64,000 nucleotides of DNA, taken from contig OX638337.1 in assembly GCA_951812855.1 (NCBI GenBank), positions 192,082 to 256,081 on the forward strand, written 5' to 3'. The notes under the pieces were generated by a model, which was not told where the DNA came from, made no database searches, and worked only from the letters and a program-made list of their open reading frames with translations. Below are positions 9,246-19,169 of this stretch, piece by piece; positions within the stretch are counted from its first letter, which is position 1; every line of letters begins with the position of its first letter. The position numbers and the translations under genes are program-made. The stretch is from an uncultured Lentisphaeria bacterium (GTDB lineage Bacteria > Verrucomicrobiota > Lentisphaeria > JABSQK01 > JAJFLO01).

Positions 9246-9959
9246 CTACCTTTTCTCATTCCACTCAGCAGTACTATATTTTGATCTTACCAATTCCTTC
9301 ACCTGATCGTAAAAAAATGAAGATGGCCGGTATATTTTTGTTGAAAAATCGAACTTGTTTTTGAAACCATCTATGATTGAACTTACAATTTTGTCTCTGT
9401 CAAATTGAGACTTATCCAGTAACTGAACACTTCCCTGATGTAATATCCCGAAACTATTCCGCTTTTGTGCCGCACCGGCAATTTTACCATTTCCGAAAAT
9501 AATGTCATTTTGAGTTGGTTCGTCAAAACACTGCATTTGGGACGGGTTAGCGGCTTTCTGAATTTCTTTGTCCGAAAGTTTTCCGTTTATATCAATTATT
9601 TGCAACCCCGAAATAATTGCACTGTGAACTATGCGATAACTATCACATCGACTCATATCATATAACCAATATGATGAGGGACATACTAAGGTATAGGTGA
9701 TATCGGCCCCATGCCAGACAATGCCGCCACCGGTAGGTCTTCTTACAAAATGTGCATTGACAGGTTTAACTTCAGAATGATTCTGAAAACAGCCTATGGA
9801 AACGGCAGGCTTATCCCAGGAATAGAATCTCAGTAATGGAGAATTTCCAGATTTCAAATTTTGAAGCAAGATTTCATCTTTTGCCATATTTTCCCAGGGT
9901 GATCCTGGCTGATCTAACCATAGATACCACACATTGTTCGGAGTTTTTTGATGTTGCAT
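9246..9959 (-). CDS. Lipoate-protein ligase / octanoyltransferase family protein (BPL/LPL catalytic domain)
   Basis: LRFYSWDKPAVSIGCFQ, RRPTGGGIVWHG, GNGKIAGAAQKR motifs. The track ORF begins at 10040 with a hydrophobic leader. The start was moved to the ATG at 9959 (MQHQK...) by analogy with the LplA N-terminus. Confidence 0.7.
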   Translation of the reverse strand: MQHQKTPNNVWYLWLDQPGSPWENMAKDEILLQNLKSGNSPLLRFYSWDKPAVSIGCFQNHSEVKPVNAHFVRRPTGGGIVWHGADITYTLVCPSSYWLYDMSRCDSYRIVHSAIISGLQIIDINGKLSDKEIQKAANPSQMQCFDEPTQNDIIFGNGKIAGAAQKRNSFGILHQGSVQLLDKSQFDRDKIVSSIIDGFKNKFDFSTKIYRPSSFFYDQVKELVRSKYSTAEWNEKR

Positions 9960-10055
9960 GACAGTGACGATTACCGGGATTTGGTCAAGAAATTTCTGAA
10001 AATGGCGGGTAAATAATATAAACAGAACAGGAAATAACAAATTGGGAATAAAATC

Positions 10056-10220
10056 TTAATATGGAACCCCGATTATTGAGTCTTCCCAGCCGGCACGAGT
10101 GTTCCATGGGATATTATCCGATCCAGAGTCCTGTACCCGGCTTTGGTCCACGAATTTACAACCGGCTAATAATAAAAGAACGAGGACAAGAAAAATTGAC
10201 ATAACACGATATCGATTCAT
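10056..10220 (-). CDS. Small putative lipoprotein (54 aa), not in the ORF track
   Basis: Manual translation: MNRYRVMSIFLVLVLLLLAGCKFVDQSRVQDSGSDNIPWNTRAGWEDSIIGVPY. Signal peptide plus LAGC lipobox. Sits in the gap between two minus-strand genes. Confidence 0.35.
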   Translation of the reverse strand: MNRYRVMSIFLVLVLLLLAGCKFVDQSRVQDSGSDNIPWNTRAGWEDSIIGVPY

Positions 10221-10389
10221 CACATTGATTATGATTTTCAGGTTTTATTATTGTGACTGAATGTTGAAATAAAAAGGCTAACTGAATAGATCAAGGATAG
10301 AAATTGAGTATGTTGACGCTTCCGACCACTGCATTAATGACAGTAGTGCAAAGCAAAGAAATGTGATACAGTTTAAGATAAAAGTTAAT

Positions 10390-11610
10390 TTAGAAGATAA
10401 CACGATCACCCTCAACAGCGGTTCCATGTTTAACTTTTGGTAAAATTTCTGCAACCGAATAATTACTAAATACTCGAGTCACCAAAACTTTACATATATA
10501 CTCCTGATCTCTGGCTACAATCATCTCAAGATTTTCCGGTAAATTATCTTTTTTGCCCAGATTAATGATAACATAATTCCAATCATAATTAACATTTATT
10601 ATTTTTCCTTCGACTCCCTTTAACTGTGTTGTCTGTGTACCGGAAGCTTCGCTAACCAACACATTATATTTTTTTCTTAATGCATCATAATTATTTTCTA
10701 CACTTGCCAGCTTACTTTGAATTGCTGCATAGTTTTCGTCAGCTGATTCCAAAGCTTCAACAGTTCTGCCTAAATTCTCTTTAGTTTCGATGAATTCAAT
10801 TTTACATTTTTCATAATTTTTTAATTTATCATTGATGTTATCGAAATCATTCAGAATTGCTGTTAACGCCACAACATATTTGCTGCTGTCTTTTAATGAA
10901 GATTCATCCACTTCAAAATCATGAGCATCGATTTTAGTAACGGCCTGGGCAATCGCATCAGCATAATTAATTGCTCTATCATTCATCTTACTTATATGAT
11001 TTGCCAAATTTTGTAATGGCTCTTCAAACGTTTCGATGTCTGTTAAAACATTCTTTTCCAAAGGGAATCCAACCTTATCAGCTGCGTTTTCAATTTTAGA
11101 AAAGATTTTATCATCCCGGATTTTTATCTTTTCTAAACCTTCATATATTTGGGTAAGAGCATCCTCATAAGAGTTTAATTTCTGTAGAATTTCCGTATTT
11201 TCATCACCCAATTCAAACAGACCGGAAATTTGCCCTATTGATGCAGCCAAATTATCTCTCTGTTCACGAACGACCCTGACCTGATTTTTGAATTGCTCCA
11301 AATAACCTTCAAATTTCTGATTTGTTTTTGTCGCAGGATCTCTGGTATCATTGTAAAATTCCCAGCCTAACGTCCCCCCCGGCATGGGCTTTCCATCACT
11401 GCTTATAATCTCCTTGCGATGGACATTCCCCTGTAGATCGGTTCCACTTCGACTGTCCAATTCTTTGACTGCTTCAGAAACAGCATCAGCCATTTTATCA
11501 CCATGCCCTCTTAGATCATTCCTGGCATTAAATAAGAGCCATCCATGAACACCGGCTGAAAGTGAGAAAATCAAAATAAGAACACTTAAAAATCGGTTTA
11601 ATTGCACCAT
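10390..11610 (-). CDS. Hypothetical secreted or membrane-anchored coiled-coil protein
   Basis: N-terminal signal or anchor, long heptad-rich central region, and a conserved-looking C-terminal roughly 70 aa domain. No family recognised. Confidence 0.5.
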   Translation of the reverse strand: MVQLNRFLSVLILIFSLSAGVHGWLLFNARNDLRGHGDKMADAVSEAVKELDSRSGTDLQGNVHRKEIISSDGKPMPGGTLGWEFYNDTRDPATKTNQKFEGYLEQFKNQVRVVREQRDNLAASIGQISGLFELGDENTEILQKLNSYEDALTQIYEGLEKIKIRDDKIFSKIENAADKVGFPLEKNVLTDIETFEEPLQNLANHISKMNDRAINYADAIAQAVTKIDAHDFEVDESSLKDSSKYVVALTAILNDFDNINDKLKNYEKCKIEFIETKENLGRTVEALESADENYAAIQSKLASVENNYDALRKKYNVLVSEASGTQTTQLKGVEGKIINVNYDWNYVIINLGKKDNLPENLEMIVARDQEYICKVLVTRVFSNYSVAEILPKVKHGTAVEGDRVIF

Positions 11611-11697
11611 AATTTTTATCGTAAAATTGCGGAATTATTTTTTTTCAGTAAATACTCTCCGAAAATCGCTGTAAGGATATCATTCCATCCAATCATG

Positions 11698-12951
11698 TCA
11701 AATAAATTGTCTTATATATGAAAAAATCTCATATCCGGCAAAAAGATAAACGAACGCTGCAAAAGAAATAAACGGTCCATAAGGAAGACTATACTTCTGT
11801 TCCTTTTCAGCAGCTGTTAGACTAATGCATATATTACACATCACACCAAATAATGCTCCGGTAAATGATGATATGAAAATAATGAATAAAATCGCTGACG
11901 GACCTAAGAATAAACCAAGCATTGCAACTAACTTAACATCGCCCGTTCCCAATGCTTCTTGCGGACAAATCCATCTGTCTGCTTTAACCGTAAACGGGTC
12001 AATCTCTGATAGAGGTATTTTTTGGGAACTGATATGGATATGGCCAACGTTAATTTTTATTGAATCCACATTGCCAGACGCAGAGTAATCATGATCAGAA
12101 TTTTTGCTATGACTCGAAATATGGACCGAATCAGCAACCCCCATTATCGTTAATTCGTCAGATTTACGAAGAAAAAGTTGTTTCCAGGAAATAATAGTCC
12201 CATCGTCTATTGATAACCTATGCCGATTTATTGTAAACTTAACCGGTGTATTATATTTAATTTTGCGACTGCCAAACAAAAATTTACCAATTTCTGCAAT
12301 CGCCAGTAATAATCCACCGCCAAGCAATAAACCCAAAACACAATCTGTACCCACAAACAATAAATTTTTAACTGAAATTGAATCTGTTATATGAACAACA
12401 TAGTTATCAAAACAGAAATAAGACCATGGTTTCATAATCTGCAAATCGTGATCATAAATACCAAATGTACTAAACGTATGAGTAACTGGAAAGATCATTC
12501 CTGTAATTACAGAGTAAATACACCCTGCCAAAATGATACTGTTGGGTATCCTGTAATACCGAATATCAATCAATGAAATAACAATAAGAAGAGATATCAA
12601 AATTAGAAGTGAACTGAGTACTAAAAAAGGCCAGGATTTACTTACCACCCGAATCCAGGCCAGACCAAATAATACACCCGTAAGCAGTTCAATCATAAAA
12701 TATTGGATAGATATTCGACAATGACAATGTCTGCACTGACCTCGCAGCAGCAGCCAGCTTACAATTGGTATATTTTCGTACAGTCGAATTGTTTTTTTAC
12801 AGGATGGACAATGTGAAGAAGGAAAAACAATTGACTCACCATTTGGTATTCTAAAGATACAAACATTCAAAAAACTACCGACACACGTGCCTGTGACAAA
12901 GAAAAAAAAGGTCATTAATTGAATAAAATAAATTTGTGAATGAGCTTCCAA
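11698..12951 (-). CDS. Prepilin peptidase (A24 family, PilD/GspO-like) with a roughly 100 aa insertion
   Basis: GSFLNVCIFRIP, zinc-binding CPSC...CRHCHC, catalytic SLIDIRYYRIP and GTGDVKLVAMLGLFLG. 417 aa against a typical 250-290 aa. Confidence 0.8.
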   Translation of the reverse strand: MEAHSQIYFIQLMTFFFFVTGTCVGSFLNVCIFRIPNGESIVFPSSHCPSCKKTIRLYENIPIVSWLLLRGQCRHCHCRISIQYFMIELLTGVLFGLAWIRVVSKSWPFLVLSSLLILISLLIVISLIDIRYYRIPNSIILAGCIYSVITGMIFPVTHTFSTFGIYDHDLQIMKPWSYFCFDNYVVHITDSISVKNLLFVGTDCVLGLLLGGGLLLAIAEIGKFLFGSRKIKYNTPVKFTINRHRLSIDDGTIISWKQLFLRKSDELTIMGVADSVHISSHSKNSDHDYSASGNVDSIKINVGHIHISSQKIPLSEIDPFTVKADRWICPQEALGTGDVKLVAMLGLFLGPSAILFIIFISSFTGALFGVMCNICISLTAAEKEQKYSLPYGPFISFAAFVYLFAGYEIFSYIRQFI

Positions 12952-12999
12952 ACCTATGCAGTATACTTGTTTATGTTAAAATGCAATTTTATTAATACG

Positions 13000-13437
13000 T
13001 CAACTATACCCTGTGGAATAGGTGCTGTTACTCTTATCTATCACCTCTTTGTTCAAGGTATGATAAAATTGAATTTCCTTCGCATGCAGTACCTGCCGAT
13101 GCACCTTAGGCAAATTCAAATCCTCAGGGGTAAGGCAATTAGAAATAAAGCGTAAATAAAAATGATCATCCAATCCGTATATTCTATCTCCAACAACTGG
13201 AAGACCGAGTGAATATAGTGTTGCCCGAATCTGATGTAATTTACCAGCCGGGCAGCAGGGTAAATTCCCAGATTTATTAATAACCGGGATTACATCGTCT
13301 TCATATAATACCTGGAACACGGGGTCATCAACAGCACTGACTTCAAAATTAACACAATCTCCCTGAACCGGCTTCGGTGGTTTAGTGAGAGAGTACCGTT
13401 GACATGGATCATTCCGTATCTGATCAGTTTCTGCCAC
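13000..13437 (-). CDS. RluA-family pseudouridine synthase-like protein lacking the catalytic core (probably degenerate)
   Basis: VLYEDDVIPVINKSGNLPCCPAG is joined directly to KLHQIRATLYSLGLPVVGDRIYG. The HRLDxxTSG segment of about 100 aa that normally lies between them is absent. Confidence 0.55.
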   Translation of the reverse strand: MAETDQIRNDPCQRYSLTKPPKPVQGDCVNFEVSAVDDPVFQVLYEDDVIPVINKSGNLPCCPAGKLHQIRATLYSLGLPVVGDRIYGLDDHFYLRFISNCLTPEDLNLPKVHRQVLHAKEIQFYHTLNKEVIDKSNSTYSTGYS

Positions 13438-13534
13438 TCTGAACGGGAATGATAATTAAATCTATTCGCTAACCCATGATCTAATCTTAACGATTATTCA
13501 AACGATGTGATCACCTATTATGTAATGCGATTGG

Positions 13535-14410
13535 TCATTCAATGTTTTGTACTTGTTCTCGAATTCGCTCTAATTCTGTTTTAAAGTCAATCACTTTCTT
13601 AGATGTTTCGATATGGTTACATTTAGAACCGAGAGTGTTGATTTCCCTGAAACATTCTTGAATAAGAAAATCTAATTTTCGCCCTGCAGGCACATGCAGG
13701 GAAAATTGAGTTTCCATCGATTCCAGATGTACGGACAGTCGCGTGAGTTCCTCAGAGATATCACACCGATCGGTCAAAAAAGCAATTTCTCTTATTAAAC
13801 GCTCATCATCGATATCGATATCACTTACAATTTTACCAATTCTTTCACGTAACTTCTTTTCAGCCAATTCGTTAACACATGGAATATTTGATTCAACAGC
13901 CCTCATACAGTCCAGGAGGATTTGATGTCGCTCACGAATGTCCTTATTCAGTCTTTTACCTTCTTCTAATTTTGTATGGATTAGATTTTCTACAGCTTCC
14001 CCTACAGATTGCAGCACCCCTGCTTCCAATTCATCATTTGGCAATTTTTTAGTCGAAATAATGTTGATATTGGGAATTTGAAACAAATCACCCAATGTCA
14101 TTTTCTTATCCAAATTTAATTTTGCTGAAATATCACTTAATACTGTGTATAACCGGGCAACAAGATTGTCATCGACACACAATAGATCTGAATAATTATC
14201 TGACGGTTGTATATCAATCCGAACCTGTAAAACTCCCCGTGAAATTTTACTTGAAATTTGATTTCGAATTTCGATTTCAAGATAAAGAATATCCGTTGGA
14301 AGCTTAATACGAATATCCGTTTGTTTGCGGTTAACTGATGTGATTTGAGTTGTGATAGTCGCACCGCTGATTGAATAACTGCCACTTCCAAATCCCGTCA
14401 TACTCCGCAT
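13535..14410 (-). CDS. YicC family stress-induced protein
   Basis: N-terminal MRSMTGFGSG, typical of the YicC/UPF0701 family. Length 291 aa. Confidence 0.8.
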   Translation of the reverse strand: MRSMTGFGSGSYSISGATITTQITSVNRKQTDIRIKLPTDILYLEIEIRNQISSKISRGVLQVRIDIQPSDNYSDLLCVDDNLVARLYTVLSDISAKLNLDKKMTLGDLFQIPNINIISTKKLPNDELEAGVLQSVGEAVENLIHTKLEEGKRLNKDIRERHQILLDCMRAVESNIPCVNELAEKKLRERIGKIVSDIDIDDERLIREIAFLTDRCDISEELTRLSVHLESMETQFSLHVPAGRKLDFLIQECFREINTLGSKCNHIETSKKVIDFKTELERIREQVQNIE

Positions 14411-14499
14411 AAATTCTTTCCTTTTATTTTTTCAGCAGCTCACATGATACAATAGCCTGTGACGCTGCAGATATAAGAAATAAACCCTGCTAAACCAAT

Positions 14500-16185
14500 C
14501 TATTTTGATCGATTAATCAGGGCATTTAATCCAGCAAGAACTGATGCAACTGCAGCCTGGTCGATGTTATTACCAAGGCCAACCCCAATGTGCTCTGTCC
14601 TGGAACTAACGATTTGTACACGGACAAAACATATTGCCTCTGCATCAGCAGATATCCCCATTGTTTCCTCAGCATAATCTTCAAGGATAAATTCTGGTAA
14701 CTCTTCGATTTCCCGCAGGGCATGTACAAACGCCGATATTGGCCCATTACCTTCACTCTTCAGAATTTTCTTATTTCCTTGATAGCTTACATGCAGTTCA
14801 CCTTGTATGATCTTTGGATCCTCCTCCGCGGGTCGGGGCCAGTAATTGATCAAGGAGACCGGGCTGTCACAATTCATATAGGTTTCCTCAAAAATTTGAA
14901 AAATCTCTTCACTCGCCAGCTCCTTAGATGTCTCATCCGCATACTTCTGAACATGTTTAGCAAAATCAATTTGAACCCAACGCGGCATTTTAATGCGATA
15001 GTCGGTTTCCATGACATGAGCAATTCCGCCTTTGCCCGATTGACTGTTTATGCGGATAAATCGTTCATAAACCCGGCCGACAGTCCCCGGGTCAACATGA
15101 AGATAAGGGACTTTCCAACCTCCAAAATGACTGATTAATTCGTCTTTCTTGCTCAACCCTTTGTGTATTGCGTCCTGGTGAGAACCAGAAAATGCTGTAA
15201 AAACTAATTCTCCAGCATAGGGGTGTCGAGGCTGAATTGCTATTTCTGTGATATCTTCTACGGTTTTAGCGATTTCATTTAACTTTGAGAAATCCAATCC
15301 GGTATCTATACCCAAATATTCCAGGTTCATTGCAACCGTCGTCAAATCAACATTGCCGGTTCGCTCACCATGTCCAAATAGAGTACCTTCCACTCTCGCA
15401 GCTCCAGCAAGTAATGTTTGCATTGCAGCAGCGACGGCACATCCCATATCATTGTGATTATGAACAGAGACAATCGTTTTATCCGGATAACTCTGACGTT
15501 TAATAAATTCTTCAATCATATCAGCATATTGATTTGGCAGCCTCCGTTCAACCGTTTGCGGCAAGTTTAAAATGACTCGTTCTGCACCTTGAGGGTTCCA
15601 TTCAGAAACCACCGCATTACACAGATCAATGGTAAAATCCAAATTTGAATCCGTAAATTCTTCAGGAGAAAACTCAAGCCCAATATCACTGGCGGCCATT
15701 TTATTGACCCCGTCTCTAATCCGACGCGTCGCTGCAATTGAGGTACGAATTACTTCCTCATTCGATAAATTAAACACAAATTTTGAGTGTAACTTGCTTG
15801 TAGCAATATAAAAATGAATAACAGCCCTGGAAACACCCTCAAGAACCTCTAACGTTTTATCAATCAGGTGCTCTCTTGCTTGAGTCAATACGGAAATGGT
15901 GACATCGTCAGGTATAAGATTATTTTCAATTAAATTTCTGCAAAAATTAAAATCATCCGCTGAAGCTGATGGAAAACCAACCTCAATTTCTTTAAGCCCA
16001 ATGTCAACTAACAAATTAAAATACTCTAATTTCTGTTCAGGTGTCATGGGGTTAGGCAGTGCCTGGTTACCATCCCGAAGATCTACTGCACACCAAACTG
16101 GTGAACTTTCAATCGAAGCATCCGGCCACTTCCTGTTTGAAATTGAAATATCCGGCATTTTTGCATATTTTACTGACTTCATCAC
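14500..16185 (-). CDS. leuA: 2-isopropylmalate synthase (long LeuA type)
   Basis: VHNHNDMGCAVAAAMQTLLAGAARVEGTLFGHGERTGN and a C-terminal regulatory domain. 561 aa. Confidence 0.9.
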   Translation of the reverse strand: MMKSVKYAKMPDISISNRKWPDASIESSPVWCAVDLRDGNQALPNPMTPEQKLEYFNLLVDIGLKEIEVGFPSASADDFNFCRNLIENNLIPDDVTISVLTQAREHLIDKTLEVLEGVSRAVIHFYIATSKLHSKFVFNLSNEEVIRTSIAATRRIRDGVNKMAASDIGLEFSPEEFTDSNLDFTIDLCNAVVSEWNPQGAERVILNLPQTVERRLPNQYADMIEEFIKRQSYPDKTIVSVHNHNDMGCAVAAAMQTLLAGAARVEGTLFGHGERTGNVDLTTVAMNLEYLGIDTGLDFSKLNEIAKTVEDITEIAIQPRHPYAGELVFTAFSGSHQDAIHKGLSKKDELISHFGGWKVPYLHVDPGTVGRVYERFIRINSQSGKGGIAHVMETDYRIKMPRWVQIDFAKHVQKYADETSKELASEEIFQIFEETYMNCDSPVSLINYWPRPAEEDPKIIQGELHVSYQGNKKILKSEGNGPISAFVHALREIEELPEFILEDYAEETMGISADAEAICFVRVQIVSSRTEHIGVGLGNNIDQAAVASVLAGLNALINRSK

Positions 16186-16460
16186 ATTTTCCTATAAATT
16201 ATAATCTCTTGAATTTCAACGGTAAACAATTACAAGAACGGTTATGCAGCAGGATTTCAATTTGATAATTAAATTATTGTTTTGACTTGAATCTAATAGA
16301 CTAATTTCCAATATTGTATCCCATTACTTTTTACTTTGATTCGTTTATCTTATCCCAACTTGCATTACTCAATACAAAAATTCAGATCAAAAATGAAGTG
16401 TTTAATTTGGTTTGGCGGGTAAGGATATACCTCTAAATTTTTCAGGTTTCTATAACCATT

Positions 16461-17207
16461 GTGAAACAATTCAAGAAAACACATCCTGGCTGTTGCTATT
16501 CTTTAATGACATTTACAATCATTGAACTTCTGGTTGTGATTGCGATTATATTGTTATTGATCACAATACTCTTACCTGCTTTATTTTCTGCCAAGTCAAA
16601 AGCCCAGGGAATTTTTTGCCTGAATAATTTAAAACAAATTGGTATAGCATCATATCTATATGCCGGCGAGTATGAAGGGTATGCAATGCCCGGAAAATTT
16701 GGAAATACAACTGATGATGGAAATTATAATCACTGGATCAACTATATGTACGATCAACTGTTACCTCAAAAATCAGTCTTCCGATGTCCAACTTTAGGTG
16801 ATGAAGATAACTTCAATCCTGCCGGGGGAAATAATTCTATACAAGAAGCAAGTTATATAAAAAATATGATTGAAGCAGGTCGCTGGACCGGTGCTTCAAT
16901 CAGCACTCCCAATGCAACCTCATGGGGCCTTAATTCAACCACTGAGTACTTTAAGCTTCAGGACATGAGAAATCCCGCTGACACCATAGATACCGTTGAT
17001 GTCGCAGAAGGAGGCATTCACTTCAACCACTCCGGTATATTAAAATTTCAGGAAACTGACTATGGGTTAATTAGCGAAGTCCCTGCCTCCGGGTACCGCA
17101 GAGTAGGATATCACCATGAGTTGGGATTTAATGTTTTAATGGGAGACGCTCATACCGAATATATGAAGTTCAGTAATCCAAATCAATGGGTAGTCATTGT
17201 AAAATAA
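16461..17207 (+). CDS. DUF1559 (H-X9-DG) prepilin-type N-terminal methylation domain protein
   Basis: [25 protein letters not shown]-terminus. C-terminal [19 protein letters not shown] (H-X9-DG). Confidence 0.8.
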   Translation: MKQFKKTHPGCCYSLMTFTIIELLVVIAIILLLITILLPALFSAKSKAQGIFCLNNLKQIGIASYLYAGEYEGYAMPGKFGNTTDDGNYNHWINYMYDQLLPQKSVFRCPTLGDEDNFNPAGGNNSIQEASYIKNMIEAGRWTGASISTPNATSWGLNSTTEYFKLQDMRNPADTIDTVDVAEGGIHFNHSGILKFQETDYGLISEVPASGYRRVGYHHELGFNVLMGDAHTEYMKFSNPNQWVVIVK

Positions 17208-17261
17208 TATAGTGATTATTCTATCTTGATTATTCTGTCAAATAATAACTAAGCTATATCT

Positions 17262-18221
17262 TTAGGCACGTGGGTGAGCCTTTTTGTATACAGATAATAA
17301 ACGCTCTGGACTAATGTGAGTATAAATTTGAGTTGTGGAAAGATTAGCATGCCCCAACATTTCCTGAACACTGCGTAAATCTGCACCTGCATCAAGCAAA
17401 TGAGTTGCAAAAGAATGCCGCAATGCATGAGGTGTAAGGTCAAATGCCAGACCCGCTTCACGCAGGTACAGCTTAAAAAATCGCTGGACAGACCGTGACG
17501 TTATTTGATTTCCGAATTTGTTCACGAACAGTGGTCCGCTGTTTTGCTTACCCCTCAGGTTCATGTTTTGGCGTTCATTCAGATACTCTTTTAATGCTGT
17601 AATTGCAGGACGCCCTAACATGCACAATCGTTCTTTTTTTCCCTTGCCCCGAACGACAAATGATCTTGAAAAAAAATCAATATCACGGTTCGCCAATCCA
17701 ACGGCCTCACTGATCCGTAATCCGGCACTATATATCACCTCCAACAACGCTTTATCACGCGTCATTGCAAATTTAAAATAATTCGTATTCTTTGATTTAG
17801 GATTTTCTGTCCTGTTCCAATACTGTTCAGGTGCTGATAATAATTTATCAATTTCCTGTAAAGAAAACACGTGGGGTAAACTTCGCGGTCTTCGAGGCGT
17901 ATTTAATCCTGAAAATGGATTGACTGACAACATGTCTTCCCGAACAAGGTATCGACAAAAGGATCGGAGACTGGAAATTTTTCGAAGTATTGAATTTCGA
18001 GCCAGTTCTTTATGAGTTAATTTCAGTAAAAATTTTCTTGCTGTGCGGATTGTAAAAACGGTATCGTCAATTACCACACACGACTCCGGGATTGCATAGT
18101 CTCTAAATTGGGAAATATCTCTTCGATAATTTTCTATTGTATGCGGTGAGGAATCCCGCTCAGTTTTTAAGTAACGAAGAAATTGATCTACAGACTCATC
18201 AAAATTTGTTTTTGAATGCAT
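17262..18221 (-). CDS. Tyrosine recombinase XerC/XerD family
   Basis: R...HxxR...Y catalytic constellation, including HALRHSFATHLLDAGADLRSVQEMLGHANLSTTQIYTH. Confidence 0.85.
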   Translation of the reverse strand: MHSKTNFDESVDQFLRYLKTERDSSPHTIENYRRDISQFRDYAIPESCVVIDDTVFTIRTARKFLLKLTHKELARNSILRKISSLRSFCRYLVREDMLSVNPFSGLNTPRRPRSLPHVFSLQEIDKLLSAPEQYWNRTENPKSKNTNYFKFAMTRDKALLEVIYSAGLRISEAVGLANRDIDFFSRSFVVRGKGKKERLCMLGRPAITALKEYLNERQNMNLRGKQNSGPLFVNKFGNQITSRSVQRFFKLYLREAGLAFDLTPHALRHSFATHLLDAGADLRSVQEMLGHANLSTTQIYTHISPERLLSVYKKAHPRA

Positions 18222-18430
18222 GCAATGTTTAACTTAGAAATTATGTCAATTATTACGATCCTGAGTTGACTGATTTATCATTGAATAATAGCTCCCCAAA
18301 GCTCTTTTACTAAGTTAACCAAGTTTTGAAACAACATATTGCTGAGAGACATATTTTTTTATAACCTGATTTCAAATAATGAACTTTGTAACTGAAGCAT
18401 TTATCTCCCTTTATCGGGGGGTGTAACTTT

Positions 18431-18561
18431 CGAGGAATCACTGCTCAGATTGGCAAGTGCCATCTTAATCGAAATCAGTGACTAACGGGACGGTGGAAAA
18501 CGGTATCTGAAAATAGATGATTAATGACCTGCGATTATCAAATTACAGAAAAAAATTGCAT
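18431..18561. repeat. 131-bp repeat, copy 1 (inverted relative to copy 2 at 26188..26318, about 90% identity)
   Basis: The reverse complement of 18431..18561 aligns with 26188..26318 with about 14 mismatches and no large gaps. Internal sub-repeats GTCCCGTT x2 and GGTCACTRAT x2 plus a T7 run. Confidence 0.8.
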
Positions 18562-18695
18562 CACCTTAAAATCCCTGATATCAATCAAGGATTTCTTCAC
18601 TATTGTAAATATTTCAACAGGACCTTTTCCAAGCCATATTTTTGTATTATTACAAGAAAATTCTGTTGAAAAATGAACCCGGTACAAATCAAAAT

Positions 18696-19079
18696 TTAGT
18701 GCTCGTCATCCTGACCTGGTTTTTGACGCATTTTCTTTTTTCCTGATTGGATTTTCTTCTTATCAAGCTGCCGTTGTTTAACGGCCCTGGATTTTTTCGT
18801 TGGAATTCTCTTCGCCGGTGTATAATTTCTTTTTTCAGCTTCTTCACGAAGCTTTTTTAGACAAACAGTCTTGTTTCGATGTTGACTCCTGGATTCCTGA
18901 CTTGTTACAATGATACCACTTTGATGCTTCAAACGCACTGCACTGTTTACAGTATTGACATGCTGCCCTCCCGGAGCAGATGACCGAAATGTCTCAATAA
19001 TGCATTGATTGAGTAAATCTCGATCAGACGATGGCAGCAGGATTTTTTGACGTGATCTGTTTTGATTATCAGGATTCAT
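18696..19079 (-). CDS. arfB: Alternative ribosome-rescue factor ArfB (peptidyl-tRNA hydrolase, RF-1 domain)
   Basis: [17 protein letters not shown] motif. Basic C-terminal tail. 127 aa. Confidence 0.8.
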   Translation of the reverse strand: MNPDNQNRSRQKILLPSSDRDLLNQCIIETFRSSAPGGQHVNTVNSAVRLKHQSGIIVTSQESRSQHRNKTVCLKKLREEAEKRNYTPAKRIPTKKSRAVKQRQLDKKKIQSGKKKMRQKPGQDDEH

Positions 19080-19169
19080 AAGAATTTCCTTGACATTGAT
19101 CTATTTAACCGGATATTGTCTGATCTGTATCGTGATAACTTATTCTAATTAAAAAACTAAGGTATCTCA

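Noticed and set aside
17262-18221. Tyrosine recombinase as a phage or island integrase marking a mobile element
   Set aside because: The sequence (…HALRHSFATHLLDAGADLRSVQEMLGHANLSTTQIYTH…) is typical of housekeeping XerC/XerD. The neighbouring 7.6 kb segment carries core genes (arfB, gnd, rseP), and no att-like direct repeats were seen. I kept it only as context for the inverted-repeat finding.
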